The position numbers and the translations under genes are program-made. From Octopus vulgaris (lineage: Eukaryota), in the NCBI GenBank assembly GCA_951406725.2, contig OX597818.1, positions 37,510,001-37,574,000 on the forward strand: a stretch of DNA of 64,000 nucleotides, in the 5' to 3' direction. Shown piece by piece: positions 1-14,741 of the stretch. The notes beneath the pieces were generated by a model. It was not told where the DNA came from and ran no database searches. It saw only the letters and a program-made list of their open reading frames with translations. The stretch's first letter is position 1, and every line of letters begins with the position of its first letter.

Positions 1-99
1 TAACTTGGTGTGTGGTAAGTGAATACGATGACGTATTTATTCAAAATTCATACCTTACAACTTTGTTATCTTTATTAACTGCACTACACAAGTAACATG

Positions 100-400
100 C
101 TGCTTCTTCGTAGTCATCCAACATTGCAAAACGAAACATTTCGGCGAGTAGCAACTGAGAAAAGAGAAGTTTAGGAAACTTTTATTGAATTATTGCTACT
201 GACGCTATGAAGTTGGATAGAAGAGATATTCCGTAAAAATATGATGACAGCAGAATTTTTGCATTCCTCGAAGTAGAAGTTTCACAAGAGTGACCGGCGA
301 AAGAAGGATACGCACTGTTGACGGGAAAACTTCAAATCTAGAAAATTCTCTTTAGCGACGAATATGGCATATTTTTGCCGAAATATCAGTGTCATTGATG
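100..400 (+). pseudogene. Highly decayed Tc1/mariner-like transposase fragment
   Basis: One frame reads KILFSDE (~343-363), resembling the first catalytic Asp motif; stops and frameshifts around it. Confidence 0.3.
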
Positions 401-535
401 GCCATTTTATGAAATATTTTAAAAGTGGGTATGATAATTATTAAAAACTCGTCTTTTGCTTCCTTGTCTTTATTAATTTATCTAAACTAATAGTACACTG
501 CTTCTTTGAGATTCTCTCCCTCACACACACAGAAA

Positions 536-573
<38 letters not shown>

Positions 574-959
574 AATACATAGACGTATATACATATATGT
601 ACATACATATATTTAAGTATGAGACGTTTTGACTCAACTTATTTAGCGTCATTAATTCGACGCTGACCTCAGTTGTTTTTTCTTCTCTCCCTTCCCCCTC
701 TCTCTTTGTGTGTGAGGGTATATTTCTCTCTATATGTATAAGGAGAGGGAAAGTATTTATGTAAATCGTGTTCAATGAATAAATTGTAATGTATTTTTTT
801 CTCTATCTGTATATATATATGTATATTTCTGCGCGTGCGTGCGTAGTGTGTTTGCCTCCAGTGCTAAAAAGTACTGTCGCCAAAATAGGTTGAATGCTCA
901 GTCAGCCATGCTAAATCGCCAGCGTTTGAACAGCCACACTAAATCGTTGCATTCCGATC

Positions 960-1450
960 TGAGGTGCAGAAATTAGAAGTGCTGTGACGAGGTTAGCTAG
1001 ACATATAGGTAAGAATTTCGAAGCAAGTGATTGGAATTTATAAGCGATTTAGATATTGTTATAAAATGGATAAAAGATACTTTATGGAGAAGCAGGCACC
1101 ACACAAAGTGAAAAATTTGAACCATTCATGAAGAGGTTAAATGACTTAGGTGTAAAGGGATTCCAGTTTCTCAAATGTATAAATTAATTATAAATTAATT
1201 GGGGAATGCTTTTTTTTTCTTCTGAGTTGTGATGCAGTCAGTACGACCCTGTTAAAGTTAGTGGTAGTCGGGACAACAGCACGCCGGTGAATTTCGAAAG
1301 ACTTGATGTGCCAACAACTAGCACTAGCTGCCAAAATCTTAGTTACAGTACGCATGTTTTTAATAACTAGTCTTCCCTGCATGCTATTTGTGCACTGCAT
1401 GATTGACCCAAGGAGCCACTTCAAAGTTAAAGAACGAGTCCCTCACCCTG
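960..1450 (+). pseudogene. Decayed pogo/Tigger-like transposase fragment
   Basis: Translates to NFEASDW (~1014-1034) and YGEAG (~1083-1097), matching Tigger FxASxGW and GEA motifs; frames are broken. Confidence 0.45.
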
Positions 1451-1610
1451 ACAAAGTAACATGTAAATATATTTGGACCAATTATTTCTTTAACTAACAG
1501 TATATGAGTATACGCTTGATTGCTTCCCAACAGATTTGATCATATTAGATTTACAATCTTTTCCAGCTTCATTTAAACATATGTTCAACTTTATTGTGAT
1601 GACACACAAA

Positions 1611-1903
1611 CAGGGCCGGATTAAGATACACAGAGATCATAAGCACTTAAGACATTCTGCTTCCCACATATATCTCTTTTGCTCTTTTACTTGTTTCAGT
1701 CATTTGACTGTGGCCATGCTGAAGCACTGCCTTTAGTCGAGCAAATCGACTCCAGGACTTATTCTTTGTAAGCCTAGTACTTATTCTATCGGTCTCTTTT
1801 GCCGAACCGCTAAGTTACGGGGACGTAAACACACCAGCATCGGTTGTCAAGCGATGTTGGTGCGGGGGGGGTGGGGCAAACACAAACATACACACACACG
1901 TAC

Positions 1904-1947
<44 letters not shown>

Positions 1948-2326
1948 GACGGGCTTCTTTCAGTTTCCGTCTACCAAATCCACTCACAAGGCTTTGGTCG
2001 GCCCGAGGCTCAGGTGCCACGCAGTGGGACTGAACCCGGAACCATGTGGTTGGTAATCAAGCTACTTACCACACAGCCACTCCTATATATGCAATTTAAT
2101 AATAAACCATAAAATAATTTTTTTATTTTTCAAAATGAAACAAAACTAACAGTAAGATGGAAAATAATGTATATTTTTGTATACTTCCACTTTATTTATA
2201 TTTGAAAATTTTTCTCCTACTTTTTTAATTGTAAACCGAAAACCATTTACCATTTCTGTGGTACCCTTCTCCTCCCTTGATGCCCTAAGCACGTGCTTAT
2301 TTTACTTAATGGTTAATTCAGCGCTG
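1611..2326. mobile_element. Old hAT-like MITE interrupted by a SINE-B
   Basis: Imperfect TIRs CAGGGCCGGATTAA (1611) and TTAATTCAGCGCTG (ends 2326), 11/14 match; flanks cacacaaa/agtacaaa may be a decayed 8-bp TSD. Confidence 0.35.
1676..2085 (-). mobile_element. SINE family B (tRNA-like head, CORE-like segment, internal TA/TG microsatellite)
   Basis: Minus-strand head GGAGTGGCTGTGTGG (A box) and GGTTCAGTCCC (B box); tail ...GACTGAAACAAGTAAAAGAG; many similar copies in the window. Confidence 0.9.
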
Positions 2327-3696
2327 AGTACAAAGGATATTACCACGATACATTTACTAGTTGGCACGAGTTCTAGGGTTATTGTGTCGACATGTAGTGA
2401 GAATGACCTTTCACTATCCATGAAGGATCTCCTACAACACACTGAGAGACCATCTTCGCAATGCTCTCAATGTTAAGCATCACAAACAACTTCTGGAAGT
2501 ACTGACAGTTTCTGATTTCAGTAGAATTGAAGGAAGGAAGCAGGTCTCCGTCACCTTAAAATTGGATGGGGAGAAATAATCTTGGGTGTTAGCTCATCTG
2601 GAGAAAAGAAAAGAAACAAACTGTTCTTAAACTCTGCTCAAGTTCAACTACACTCATCTTTTGAGAGAGGTAGAGTTGACTGAAGTGACTTCAGTATTTT
2701 ACTAGTTCTTATTTTTTCTGATATCATTGGGGGAATAAAATGCAAAAGTTTATCTGTGAGGAACTTGAAACGTGGAAAAAACCTTACAAGAAAAAAAAAA
2801 TTACTTAAAAAAAATATTACTAATCTGGGAGGATCTAGAAATACGGAAATATTTTACTAAATATGGCAAAGCATTTTATTGGTCGCTCTAATGACTCGGC
2901 CAGCCACTGCAGATTGTTTATCTTCGGAGCAAAAAGATGGAGGGAATCGTAGAATCGTCGAAATCTTGAAGTTGAGCACACTGTGTATGATCGATCAACG
3001 AAACAGACTGATGACCTCTAATAATATGTGTTTGAAAGATCCCAATATTCTCTCAAAGTTCAAATCTAATCGGGGTAGATTTTGTGTTTCATCTTTTCAT
3101 ATCTCTGGGATCGATAAAATAAGTACCAATCAAGTATCGATGTCACAATAATCAACTACACACTAATTTGTGGTCTCTATGTTAAAAATCATTAATATGC
3201 TAGAAATCATTACTATAACGAAAGGGAAAAGATAAAGCAACGTCTCTACTCCACAAAAAGAAAGCAGAAAAAGAAAAAACGACAAATGTCTTTAGAAGCG
3301 AATAAATTGGTATTGAGTTTATTTTGAAGAGTCGTATTGCAAAATCGGCTCATATATTTTCTCGAGTTGTACAAATGATGCAGATACAAAAACATAAACA
3401 TCATATAAATATGAATAATAAAAATGCACAAAAGTATAAATTCTATAATATGGAACATGCACACACATACATATACCTTCACGAACGCATGCACACAATA
3501 CATACAAGCCTGCTAGGATTCTCGCATGCATATACGAAAATTTAGTCACGCACAGATGCACGCACTCAAACATAAATACACGCAAACATCGCAGTTACAT
3601 GCAAAATAATTTTCTAGAATTTTTGATTCTTAGAAAAATTGTTAACTGCTTTTGAATTTTTTATTCCTTATATATATATATAAAACCAAATATATA

Positions 3697-4295
3697 TATT
3701 TCTTTATTGCCCACAGGGGGCTAAACATAGAGGAGACAAACAAGGACAGACAAGGGGATTAAGTCGATGATATCGACCCCAATGATTTACTGGTACTAAT
3801 TTAATCGACCCCGAAAGGATGAAAGGCAAAGTCGACCTCGGCGGAATTTGAACTCACAACGTAGCGGCAGACGAAATACCTATTTCTTTACTACCCACAG
3901 GGGGCTAAACACAGAGGGGACAAACAAGGACAGACAAACGGATTAAGTCGATTATATCGACCCCAGTGCGTAACTGGTACTTAATTTATCGACCCCGAAA
4001 GGATGAAAGGCAAAGTCGACCTCGGCGGAATTTGAACTCACAACGTAGCGGCAGACGAAATACCTATTTCTTTACTACCCACAGGGGGCTAAACACAGAG
4101 GGGACAAACAAGGACAGACAAACGGATTAAGTCGATTATATCGACCCCAGTGCGTAACTGGTACTTAATTTATCGACCCCGAAAGGATGAAAGGCAAAGT
4201 CGACCTCGGCGGAATTTGAACTCAGAACGTAACAGCAGATGAAATACGGCTACGCATTTCGCCCGGCGTGCTAACGTTTCTGCCAGCTCGCCGCC
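3697..4295 (-). mobile_element. SINE family A, three-unit tandem form (184-bp period)
   Basis: Head GGCGGCGAGCTGGCAGAAACG, B box GAGTTCAAATTCC; body plus tail repeated three times; ~16-bp TSD ataaaaccaaaYatat at 3680-3695 and 4300-4315. Confidence 0.9.
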
Positions 4296-4384
4296 TTTAA
4301 TAAAACCAAACATATCAACGAACAGGAAGTGGTCGGCTGTTAATGTTTTCCCCAATAACATTTGTGATACAAGTTGTTTAACCA

Positions 4385-4820
4385 CAGCCCTGGATTGATC
4401 GAGCAGATATATGACCTAAGGCGTCCGCATCATGACCTCCCCAGCATTTTACGACAAATACAATGTTTTCCTTTTTTGAGATGCTGGAGTGAGGCTTGAG
4501 AGACATTTGGCTGTTATTTTTAGTAGGTTAAACGACGGTGAGAAGGTTCCAATGATAACTAGGATATGATAACTGAAAACTGTCGCTACTAATTGAAAGC
4601 TAAATTATATTCTACAACACTTTATTGCCACAGAGCCTCTACGAGGTCGTACGACCTGCGAGAAATAGCAACCGAATGCCCCTGACATAATACCCTACAG
4701 TCTTGAAAAGGAAAATACACAATGAATCATATAATCTTAGATATGAAATGGCCGAGAAAATGGTGGGATGTTCATGCCTAGAATACTTTTAATCATATGT
4801 CTGTTCAATTAAGCCAACTA
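4385..4820. repeat. Two oppositely oriented copies of an old dispersed repeat (family D)
   Basis: Core GTCGCTCGACCTGCTAGAAATAGC...GGATGGTCATGGC...TTTGATCATA; also at ~11785, 30020-30600, 52850, 53510 and 62010. Confidence 0.6.
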
Positions 4821-5177
4821 AGAAAAAATAGTAATAATAGTAATAATGATGATGATAACCCTTAAATCAGCATCAACTATCACAACATCAATAGTGTTAG
4901 ACCAGGTCTTAACGGCTTCAATGCAAGGTAGGGTAACAGGAAAATGAGACTCTCCTAAATGAATTGAGAGCATTAGCGACATAAGTGAAATGAAAGAATT
5001 TCGAATAGAAATTAAGATGATTCGCTTCGTCGAGAATTTTCTTTCTCCAATACTCATTATTTTGTTGTGAAACATGTATTATTTACTTCGCAGTATTATC
5101 ACTCCAGAATCTTTAGACGAAGAGGAAATAAACGTTCGTGGGGCGGTGAGAAAGGAGGTAAGAGTAGGACTAAATAA

Positions 5178-5409
5178 GGCGGCGAGCTGGCAGAACCGTT
5201 AGCACGCCGGGCGAAATGCGTAGCCATATTTCGTCAGCTGTTACGTTCTGAGTTCAAATTCCGCCGAGGTCAACTTGGCTTTTCATTCTTTTCGGGGTCG
5301 ATTAAATAAGTACCAGTTACGCACTGGGGTTGATATAATCGACTTAATCCGTTTGTCTGTCCTTTTTTGTCCCCTCTATGTTTATCCCCTTTTTGGCAAT
5401 AAAGAAATA
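5178..5409 (+). mobile_element. SINE family A, young tail type, followed by an older family A remnant
   Basis: Full head, body and tail ending GGCAATAAAGAAATA; a degenerate family A sequence continues from 5410. Confidence 0.9.
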
Positions 5410-6386
5410 AGAAATAGTTAGGGTTTCAGAAGAAATGTATAGAAGTATTTTTTTACGGCTCTTTACCTTCTGGTTTCCAATCCTGCCACGTCCAAATTTA
5501 CCTATCATTCCCTCAGGGACGACAAGATAAATTACTAGTCACGTACTGTTCTTGACTTAACCAATTAACCTCTAACGGCTCCCACCCCACATCGACCACA
5601 AGTTCAAATGGTACTTATTTTTGTCGACCCCTAAAGGATGAAAGACAAAGTCGACCACAACGGAATTTGATCTCAGAACACAAGGACGAAATACTGCTCA
5701 GCATTTTGCCCGAAATGATAACGATTCTGCCAGCACGCCGCCGACGCCAATGTTATATAATAATAATAACATTATACATTTAGTTATTTTGTGTAATTTC
5801 AACAACAAATAAATAATAAATAGAAAACAAATGTTTAACCTCCTCAGTGTATTGTACCGTATACCTTACACCTTTTCCTGTTTATAAATGAATTTGCTGC
5901 ATTTATCTCAATATATTTCGAAACCCCTTTGTGCGTTTTCATTGTGTAAATGCATGAATGGTCCGGATGGCAATAATATACTACTACTACTACTACTACT
6001 ACTACTAGTTTTATTGTTATTGCGTGCTTTCGCTGTTATTGATATTGCGTGCAATAACCAAGCTCAGCTCTGTAAGCCCTGTTTCTGTACAGGGCTATAT
6101 ATTTTTTTGTTCTAATACATTGAGATTACGTCATGCATGTGTAGTGTCTAGTATAGACATTTTCTGTGTTAATGAATACAAGTCCAGGCGTTTTCGTTAA
6201 ATATTTATCTGTGCCTTCTTTTTTATCGTTCCCGAGGCTCCTATTGCAATGGATGGGAAGGTGGGGGGTTGTATTTTTAATCCCTACATGCTGAATATTT
6301 CAATGACCAGGGCTTTTATATTAGGATAGTTTATGTATGAACGAATGATAATACATATACACACATGCGATCACTCACTGTATGTG

Positions 6387-6462
<76 letters not shown>

Positions 6463-6568
6463 TATAGTTAATCCAAACGTGAAAACACAAAGAGAAAACA
6501 CAACAACGCGAGGACGTGGAACAAGTATGGTGTTATTGGATGCTCAGGAAAGGAAAGAAAGGAGGAGG

Positions 6569-6603
6569 ATTTAACGTTTCGAGCGGAGCTCTTCGTCAGA
6601 AAC
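6569..6603 (-). ncRNA. Minimal type I hammerhead ribozyme motif (Penelope pseudo-LTR-like)
   Basis: Minus strand GUUU-CUGACGA-A-GAGC(UCC)GCUC-GAAA-CG-UU-AAAU: canonical core, 4-bp stem II, palindromic ACGU stem III, short stem I. Confidence 0.75.
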
Positions 6604-6773
6604 ATGGAAAAAGGAAAGGTCCAAGGAAGGGAAGACGTAGAAAGAAAATTACCAACGATACACACGCGGTCACATATTGAACTTATATATATGTAGTGTA
6701 GTAACTCTACTGAAAAGTAATGGTTGTTACCATCCCAACGTGGTTGTTCCGTACAGAACAATGTTTCTACTCC

Positions 6774-7083
6774 TTTTAACCCCAGGAGGACACCTCCTTC
6801 AGTTGAGTTACTATTTGCATCTCTTATAGAGATTTTAGAACTTTGCTTCTTGCAAGATTAGCGGCTGAATGTCGCTTATTTATACATTGCGAACTGGGAC
6901 GAACAACAGCTATGTGTAGCAGACGGGTGTACCAATACTGAGGAAAGGCAAGACCCTGAAACCAGTTGGTCTACTAGCCCTGTTACCGCTGGATGGGAGT
7001 TCTTCGTTCCCTTGTTTGCACTATAACGGACACGGATATCGTATCGTTAACCAGCTGGAGGAGGTGTCCTCCTAGGGTTAAAA
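6774..7083. mobile_element. 310-bp element with 32-bp terminal inverted repeats and an internal hammerhead
   Basis: 6774-6805 matches the reverse complement of 7052-7083 at 29/32 positions. Confidence 0.7.
6923..6983 (+). ncRNA. Type I hammerhead ribozyme motif with extended stem I
   Basis: CUGAGGA 6938-44, stem II AGG(CAAGAC)CCU, GAAA 6958-61, stem III ACCA(GU)UGGU, GUC triplet 6969-71. Stem I CCAAUA/UACUAG has two mismatches and extends via GGG/CCC across a UGUA bulge. Confidence 0.7.
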
Positions 7084-7114
7084 ATAAAATCAAAAACAGA
7101 ACACAAAGGATATC

Positions 7115-7205
7115 GCGGTACACGTGTTTCAAGCTTCATAAACGACCTGTTCTTACATCAGTGTATAATAGATATAAAAGATGGTTTAAAGCTCTCTTCA
7201 GCCGC
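7115..7205 (-). ncRNA. Type I hammerhead ribozyme with long stem II hairpin
   Basis: Minus strand GCGG-CUGAAGA-GAGCUU UAAAC...GUUUA UG AAGCUU-GAAA-CACGUG-UA-CCGC: perfect 4-bp GC stem I, GUA triplet, palindromic stem III, long paired stem II. Confidence 0.8.
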
Positions 7206-7302
7206 ATACATTGTTATTCCAAAGAGTTACATCACACTATAAAAAATATGAAAAGTACATGTAGTATTACCCATTATAATAGGTATATCATATCTCCTTG
7301 AG

Positions 7303-7421
7303 AAAGTGTATTTGTAAAATTTCGTAACTGTATAACTGTATAAAGGTTCATTGGATTTCGAAAATCTGTCCCTACTGTATCACCAGTCAACATATGTTAC
7401 GAAATTTTACAAATACACTTT
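7303..7421. repeat. Perfect 26-bp inverted repeat
   Basis: aaagtgtatttgtaaaatttcgtaac (7303-7328) and gttacgaaattttacaaatacacttt (7396-7421). Confidence 0.9.
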
Positions 7422-8159
7422 TTTAATTCGTTGTTAGTGTTTTTGTTTTTCTGTTGAGAAACGTCATTGACAAGGCCCAATGAGGCCGAAATGCATTACT
7501 ATCCCGCCCTTAATTCCCCACAATAAAAACGCATTCCCACCAAGCTCATACCCTCTTCACTGTATTTTTCTTCAACCACCTTTTTGTTGATTGACATCTA
7601 TGTTGAAACAAGATTTATTCTGTTGCCTGTCATACACCCTTCCACCAACCCTTCTTTTCCAATAGCCACTCGGAAAAAATTGATAAATTGTATTGTTTTA
7701 TCGATGCTCTGAATAAAAGATGGAATGCGATATTTATTAGATCCTTTTTGAAAAAAATAACATTAACTTCAAATATGGTGGGATGGATTGACAGAATCCT
7801 TATAGAGTCAGAAAAAAAAATGCCTTGCATTATTTGTTCCGAATTTTACATCCTCATTTCAAATCCCGTCGAAGTCAACTTTTTCTTCCATCGTTTCAGG
7901 GTTCAATCAAGTGCTGGGGTTGATGATAATCGACTTGCCTTCCCCCTCAAATTATAAGCCTTTTGCTTACATTTGAAACATAATCAATTTCATTTTTAAT
8001 TCGTTGTTGTTAGTGTTTTTGTTTTTCTGTTGAGAAACGTCATTGACAAGGCCTAATGAGGCCGAAATGCATTACTATCCCGCCCTTAATTTCCACTTTA
8101 AAAACGCATTCCCACCTGGCTCATATCCTCTTCACTCTATTTTTCTTCAACCATCTTTT
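7421..8159 (+). repeat. ~165-bp direct repeat pair (7421-7584 and 7993-8159), each with a variant hammerhead-like motif
   Basis: Near-identical copies; motif UUGACAA-GGCC...GGCC-GAAA-UGCA-UU at 7467-7497 and 8043-8073; an old SINE-A lies between them. Confidence 0.8.
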
Positions 8160-9125
8160 CTCATTCTTTCCTCTTGTTTTTATTTTTCTTTCTTATCAAA
8201 GATTAACGTCTGATACGTCAAAACTCCTTCCTTTTTAAGCGTTCAACTAATACATTACGAGTTTCATAACATCTTTGTTTAGAGAGTAACTATCGAGCTA
8301 AACCGAAAAGTAAACGGAAAATATTAATTAAATATGAGTAAATAATTATTCTTGTTTGACTCTGCTGAAACTATATCACTAATTAGACATGTATGAGTAA
8401 TAAGCATCTACATTATATCTATCATTGGAATATTTTGATTTTATTTTGTAAAATCTTACCGAAATTTACTGTAAAGCGTTCAGGATGCATTACGCCAATA
8501 TGCATAGTATGCCACAGATAGTTACAGCCGATAAAGCTCATAGATGCTAGCAGTTCCTGAATCAGTCACCCTAATTATTCTTGTCATGCTTACTATATCA
8601 CAAATGCCGCATCTTATCGTGATATTTCATGGTAATTTTAATTTTAAAACCGTCCTATTGAACCTAAGTCAGTATTGATTTTAAATTGCTATTAAACTTA
8701 ACAGAATAATTAGACAGAAACCATCTTGAGTTGTATATAATTGTATTAAGTGAGACAAAAAAAAAAAAACGAGAATTATAACAAACATTCTAGTCACAAT
8801 TCATGTTGGACCTCTGCATGTTGTGGTGGCGCTATTTTCAGTCTTTCAAAACAGTTTCTTGTCTTACAAAGATCAGTTTCAGAGTGCCAACTGCACCTTG
8901 CGTTTTGGATGACTTGAGGAATAATAAGAAAGATTCGATATTCTTTTACAAGCTTCAGTTATTGGACTGCGGCCATGTTGGAGCAGTTGAAGTGCTGCCT
9001 TGAAACTTGTCAATGATATCGAACAAGAACGTGTTTTGGTCTTGTACTTACGTTATCGTTGTTATTAATCAAACGCTAAGTAGGCGCGCGCGTGTATGTA
9101 TGCGTGTGTGTGTGTGTGTATGTGA

Positions 9126-9179
<54 letters not shown>

Positions 9180-9180
<1 letters not shown>

Positions 9181-9530
9181 TTATCTTGACTGCAGCTATT
9201 CGAGGGCACCGCCTTGAAGGGTTTTAAGTCCAACAAAACAACCCCTGAACTTAAAAAGCCTAGAACTTATTCTATCGATGTGTTTTGTCGAATCGCTAGA
9301 TTACAGGGACTTAAACACCCCAACACCGGTTGTCAAACGGGGGGGGGGGCAAACACAGACACACACACATACTACGGGCTTCTTTCAGTTTCTGTCTACC
9401 AAATCCACTCACAAGGCTTTGGTCGGTCCGGGGCTACAGTAGAAGCCACTTGCCCAAGGTGCTACGCAGTAGGACTGAACCCAGAACAATGTGGTTGGGA
9501 AGCAAGCTTCTTACCACACAGCCACACCAG
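9180..9530 (-). mobile_element. SINE family B
   Basis: Homologous to the other family B copies; more diverged. Confidence 0.85.
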
Positions 9531-9586
9531 CGCTTCTCTTTCTCCCTATACAAATACACACACATGTAGATAGATAGATAAATAGA

Positions 9587-9642
<56 letters not shown>

Positions 9643-11031
9643 CTGCTGAACGGTCTCTGTTTACCAAGATCTCTTCGCAAAATATAGGGTACGAAAAAGA
9701 AAAAGGCATCGGAGGGGCGATTTTTTCGCAAATTATAGTGTGACTTACAATGTGTTGCTTACCCAGGCATTTTAATTGAATTAAATTTTTCTTTTAAGTA
9801 TCACTATTATAGGTATTTATACTCCGATGAAATTAAGACATCAACTCGTAAATAAACGAAGCCCTCGAATCTATCACTGTACACACACACACATAGAGTC
9901 ACATATCTATGTATGTATTTATGTATGTGCCCGCACATGTCTACGCGCATAGGTACATCATGATCTATACACACGCAGACAAGGGTCGATTCATATGAAA
10001 AAGAAAGTGAAAATAATATGATCACTTGCTAAACGGAAAATCTGTAAGTTCGATTTTATTTTATTAAAAAAAAATTTTTTTTTAAAGATAATCAAACCAA
10101 ACGTTCATTATTTCGAGCCACTTACCCAATGAGTATTTCTGCCAAATGTGGCGAAAATCTGTTCAGCCGTTTTCCAGGGTTTTCGCAGGGTTTAAAAAAA
10201 GGCAAAAAGAAACAAAAAAAAATTGACACATATCACTGATAAATCATTAAAAGATTATAGCTGTTGGATAATTTCAACGTGTTCTAAAGCGTGAATTGAT
10301 AGAAATTATAGAGATCCCTTCGAAATTGGTTTTGTAGACTCTCTCATTATAGAGTTTTAAACCAACTTGTATTTCACACATCAGTCTTATACTAACCAAA
10401 ATGAACTGCTAGCCGAATGGTGCACGGTTCACATGTTGCTATGAGTAGTACATTTTGTTATAATAAATGCATATCTCGCTGAATCACGATTGTATAATAA
10501 ATGTATGCTTCATTGTTTTACAATGCTGATTTGGAGTACTCTGGTGGGTTTAGAGCCGCCATCAACGCCCAAGCAACTCAAGTGTATTCTCCTTGGTAGA
10601 TCCTTCGTCACTTTGAAAGTGCCAAAATTATTCCTGTCTCCACCATTTTGAACAATAACAATGATATTTATATCCCACTTGTTAAAATAAATCTTTAATT
10701 ATAATAGTAATAATAATGTGTTTAAGTGCAAGTTAGTTTTAAATAATAAATATCTACGATTAATTTGCTGTTCATCATTCCCCTTCTCCATCTCATCATC
10801 ATTGACAAAACCGAACATGGGCGAAATCACGTGATCTGGTGATCTCGACGCTGTAGGTAGTAGGGATTTATCTCCCCGCAAGTGATATCAAGAGGGCATT
10901 TTTCAGCTAACATGAGTGTTTCGCTCATGTTAACTACCGCAGTATAGTTCCTTCAAACAGAACATCTACATTTAAGTGAGGATAAATATTACCTTTCGGT
11001 ATTAATATTGCCTCTGTCGCTAATATATATT

Positions 11032-11420
11032 TCTATATTTATAAACGGCAAAATGTGTCTGTGTGTCCTATGTACACAGTTTTTCACGTAAAAGGCTCGC
11101 ATTTTCTATGAGCTTTCAAAACTGTCTGAGGGTGGTCGGGAAGATCTTTTCATTTTCCCAGTCACTCTAGAAAGCCATTAAACAATTGATAAACCGACCC
11201 CTTATGCCCATAAGTTATGGACACATGGGCATTGCCGAAGTCCAATGAATATTAATTACTCTTATAAAAACCTCCAACTAGCTCATAAACAACAAAACTG
11301 GCCCGGGCTGAAATGTGATAAGAAACTTAGCTCTTGGTTTAGTGAGAAATTTTTACTGCGACCCGGCAACGAACAACAAGCACTAGCAATAGGCCCGGCA
11401 ACGCCGGGTCATAGTGCTAG
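11032..11420 (+). mobile_element. Non-autonomous Helitron
   Basis: 5' TC(TATATTTATAAA); subterminal GC hairpin CCCGGC-AAC-GCCGGG (11394-11408) followed by CTAG (11417-20) and T; no TSD seen. Confidence 0.75.
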
Positions 11421-11917
11421 TTTTTAATAAAGAAGAAATTGCTTGATTAATGATCTTCAACGTAGATAACACAAGACCAATACACATGGTGTGAATGAGA
11501 GCAAACGATTAAATCATCTCCGTAATTGATTGGTACTTATCCAAAAGGATGAAAGGTAAACTGAACCCCAGCGGGAGTCGAACTCACAGTAAGAGTGACG
11601 CAACGAAATACCACAAGGCATTTTGGCCGATAATTCTTTCTACTAATTCTGCCACCAACTGCACTCAGTTTCGTTTGAACAATGACATCGATTACATATC
11701 AAGCATACTCGAGTTGAACAAGAATTAATTTGCTATCGTCAAAAGTAATCAATATGCAAGGTAATCATTTGCGAGTCGGAGCAGCCTCTACGCGGTCACT
11801 CGACCTGCTAGAGATATCAGCCGAACCTCCGTGATAGTTTTATCTGAATAATAAATGGGATGATGAACTCCTTTGATCATAGCTATGTTTGACCGAGACT
11901 GACCAGTGAATAATAAT

Positions 11918-14741
<2,824 letters not shown>

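Noticed and set aside
3697-4295. CRISPR-like or satellite array
   Set aside because: Units are SINE bodies with no unique spacers; eukaryotic context with no cas genes.
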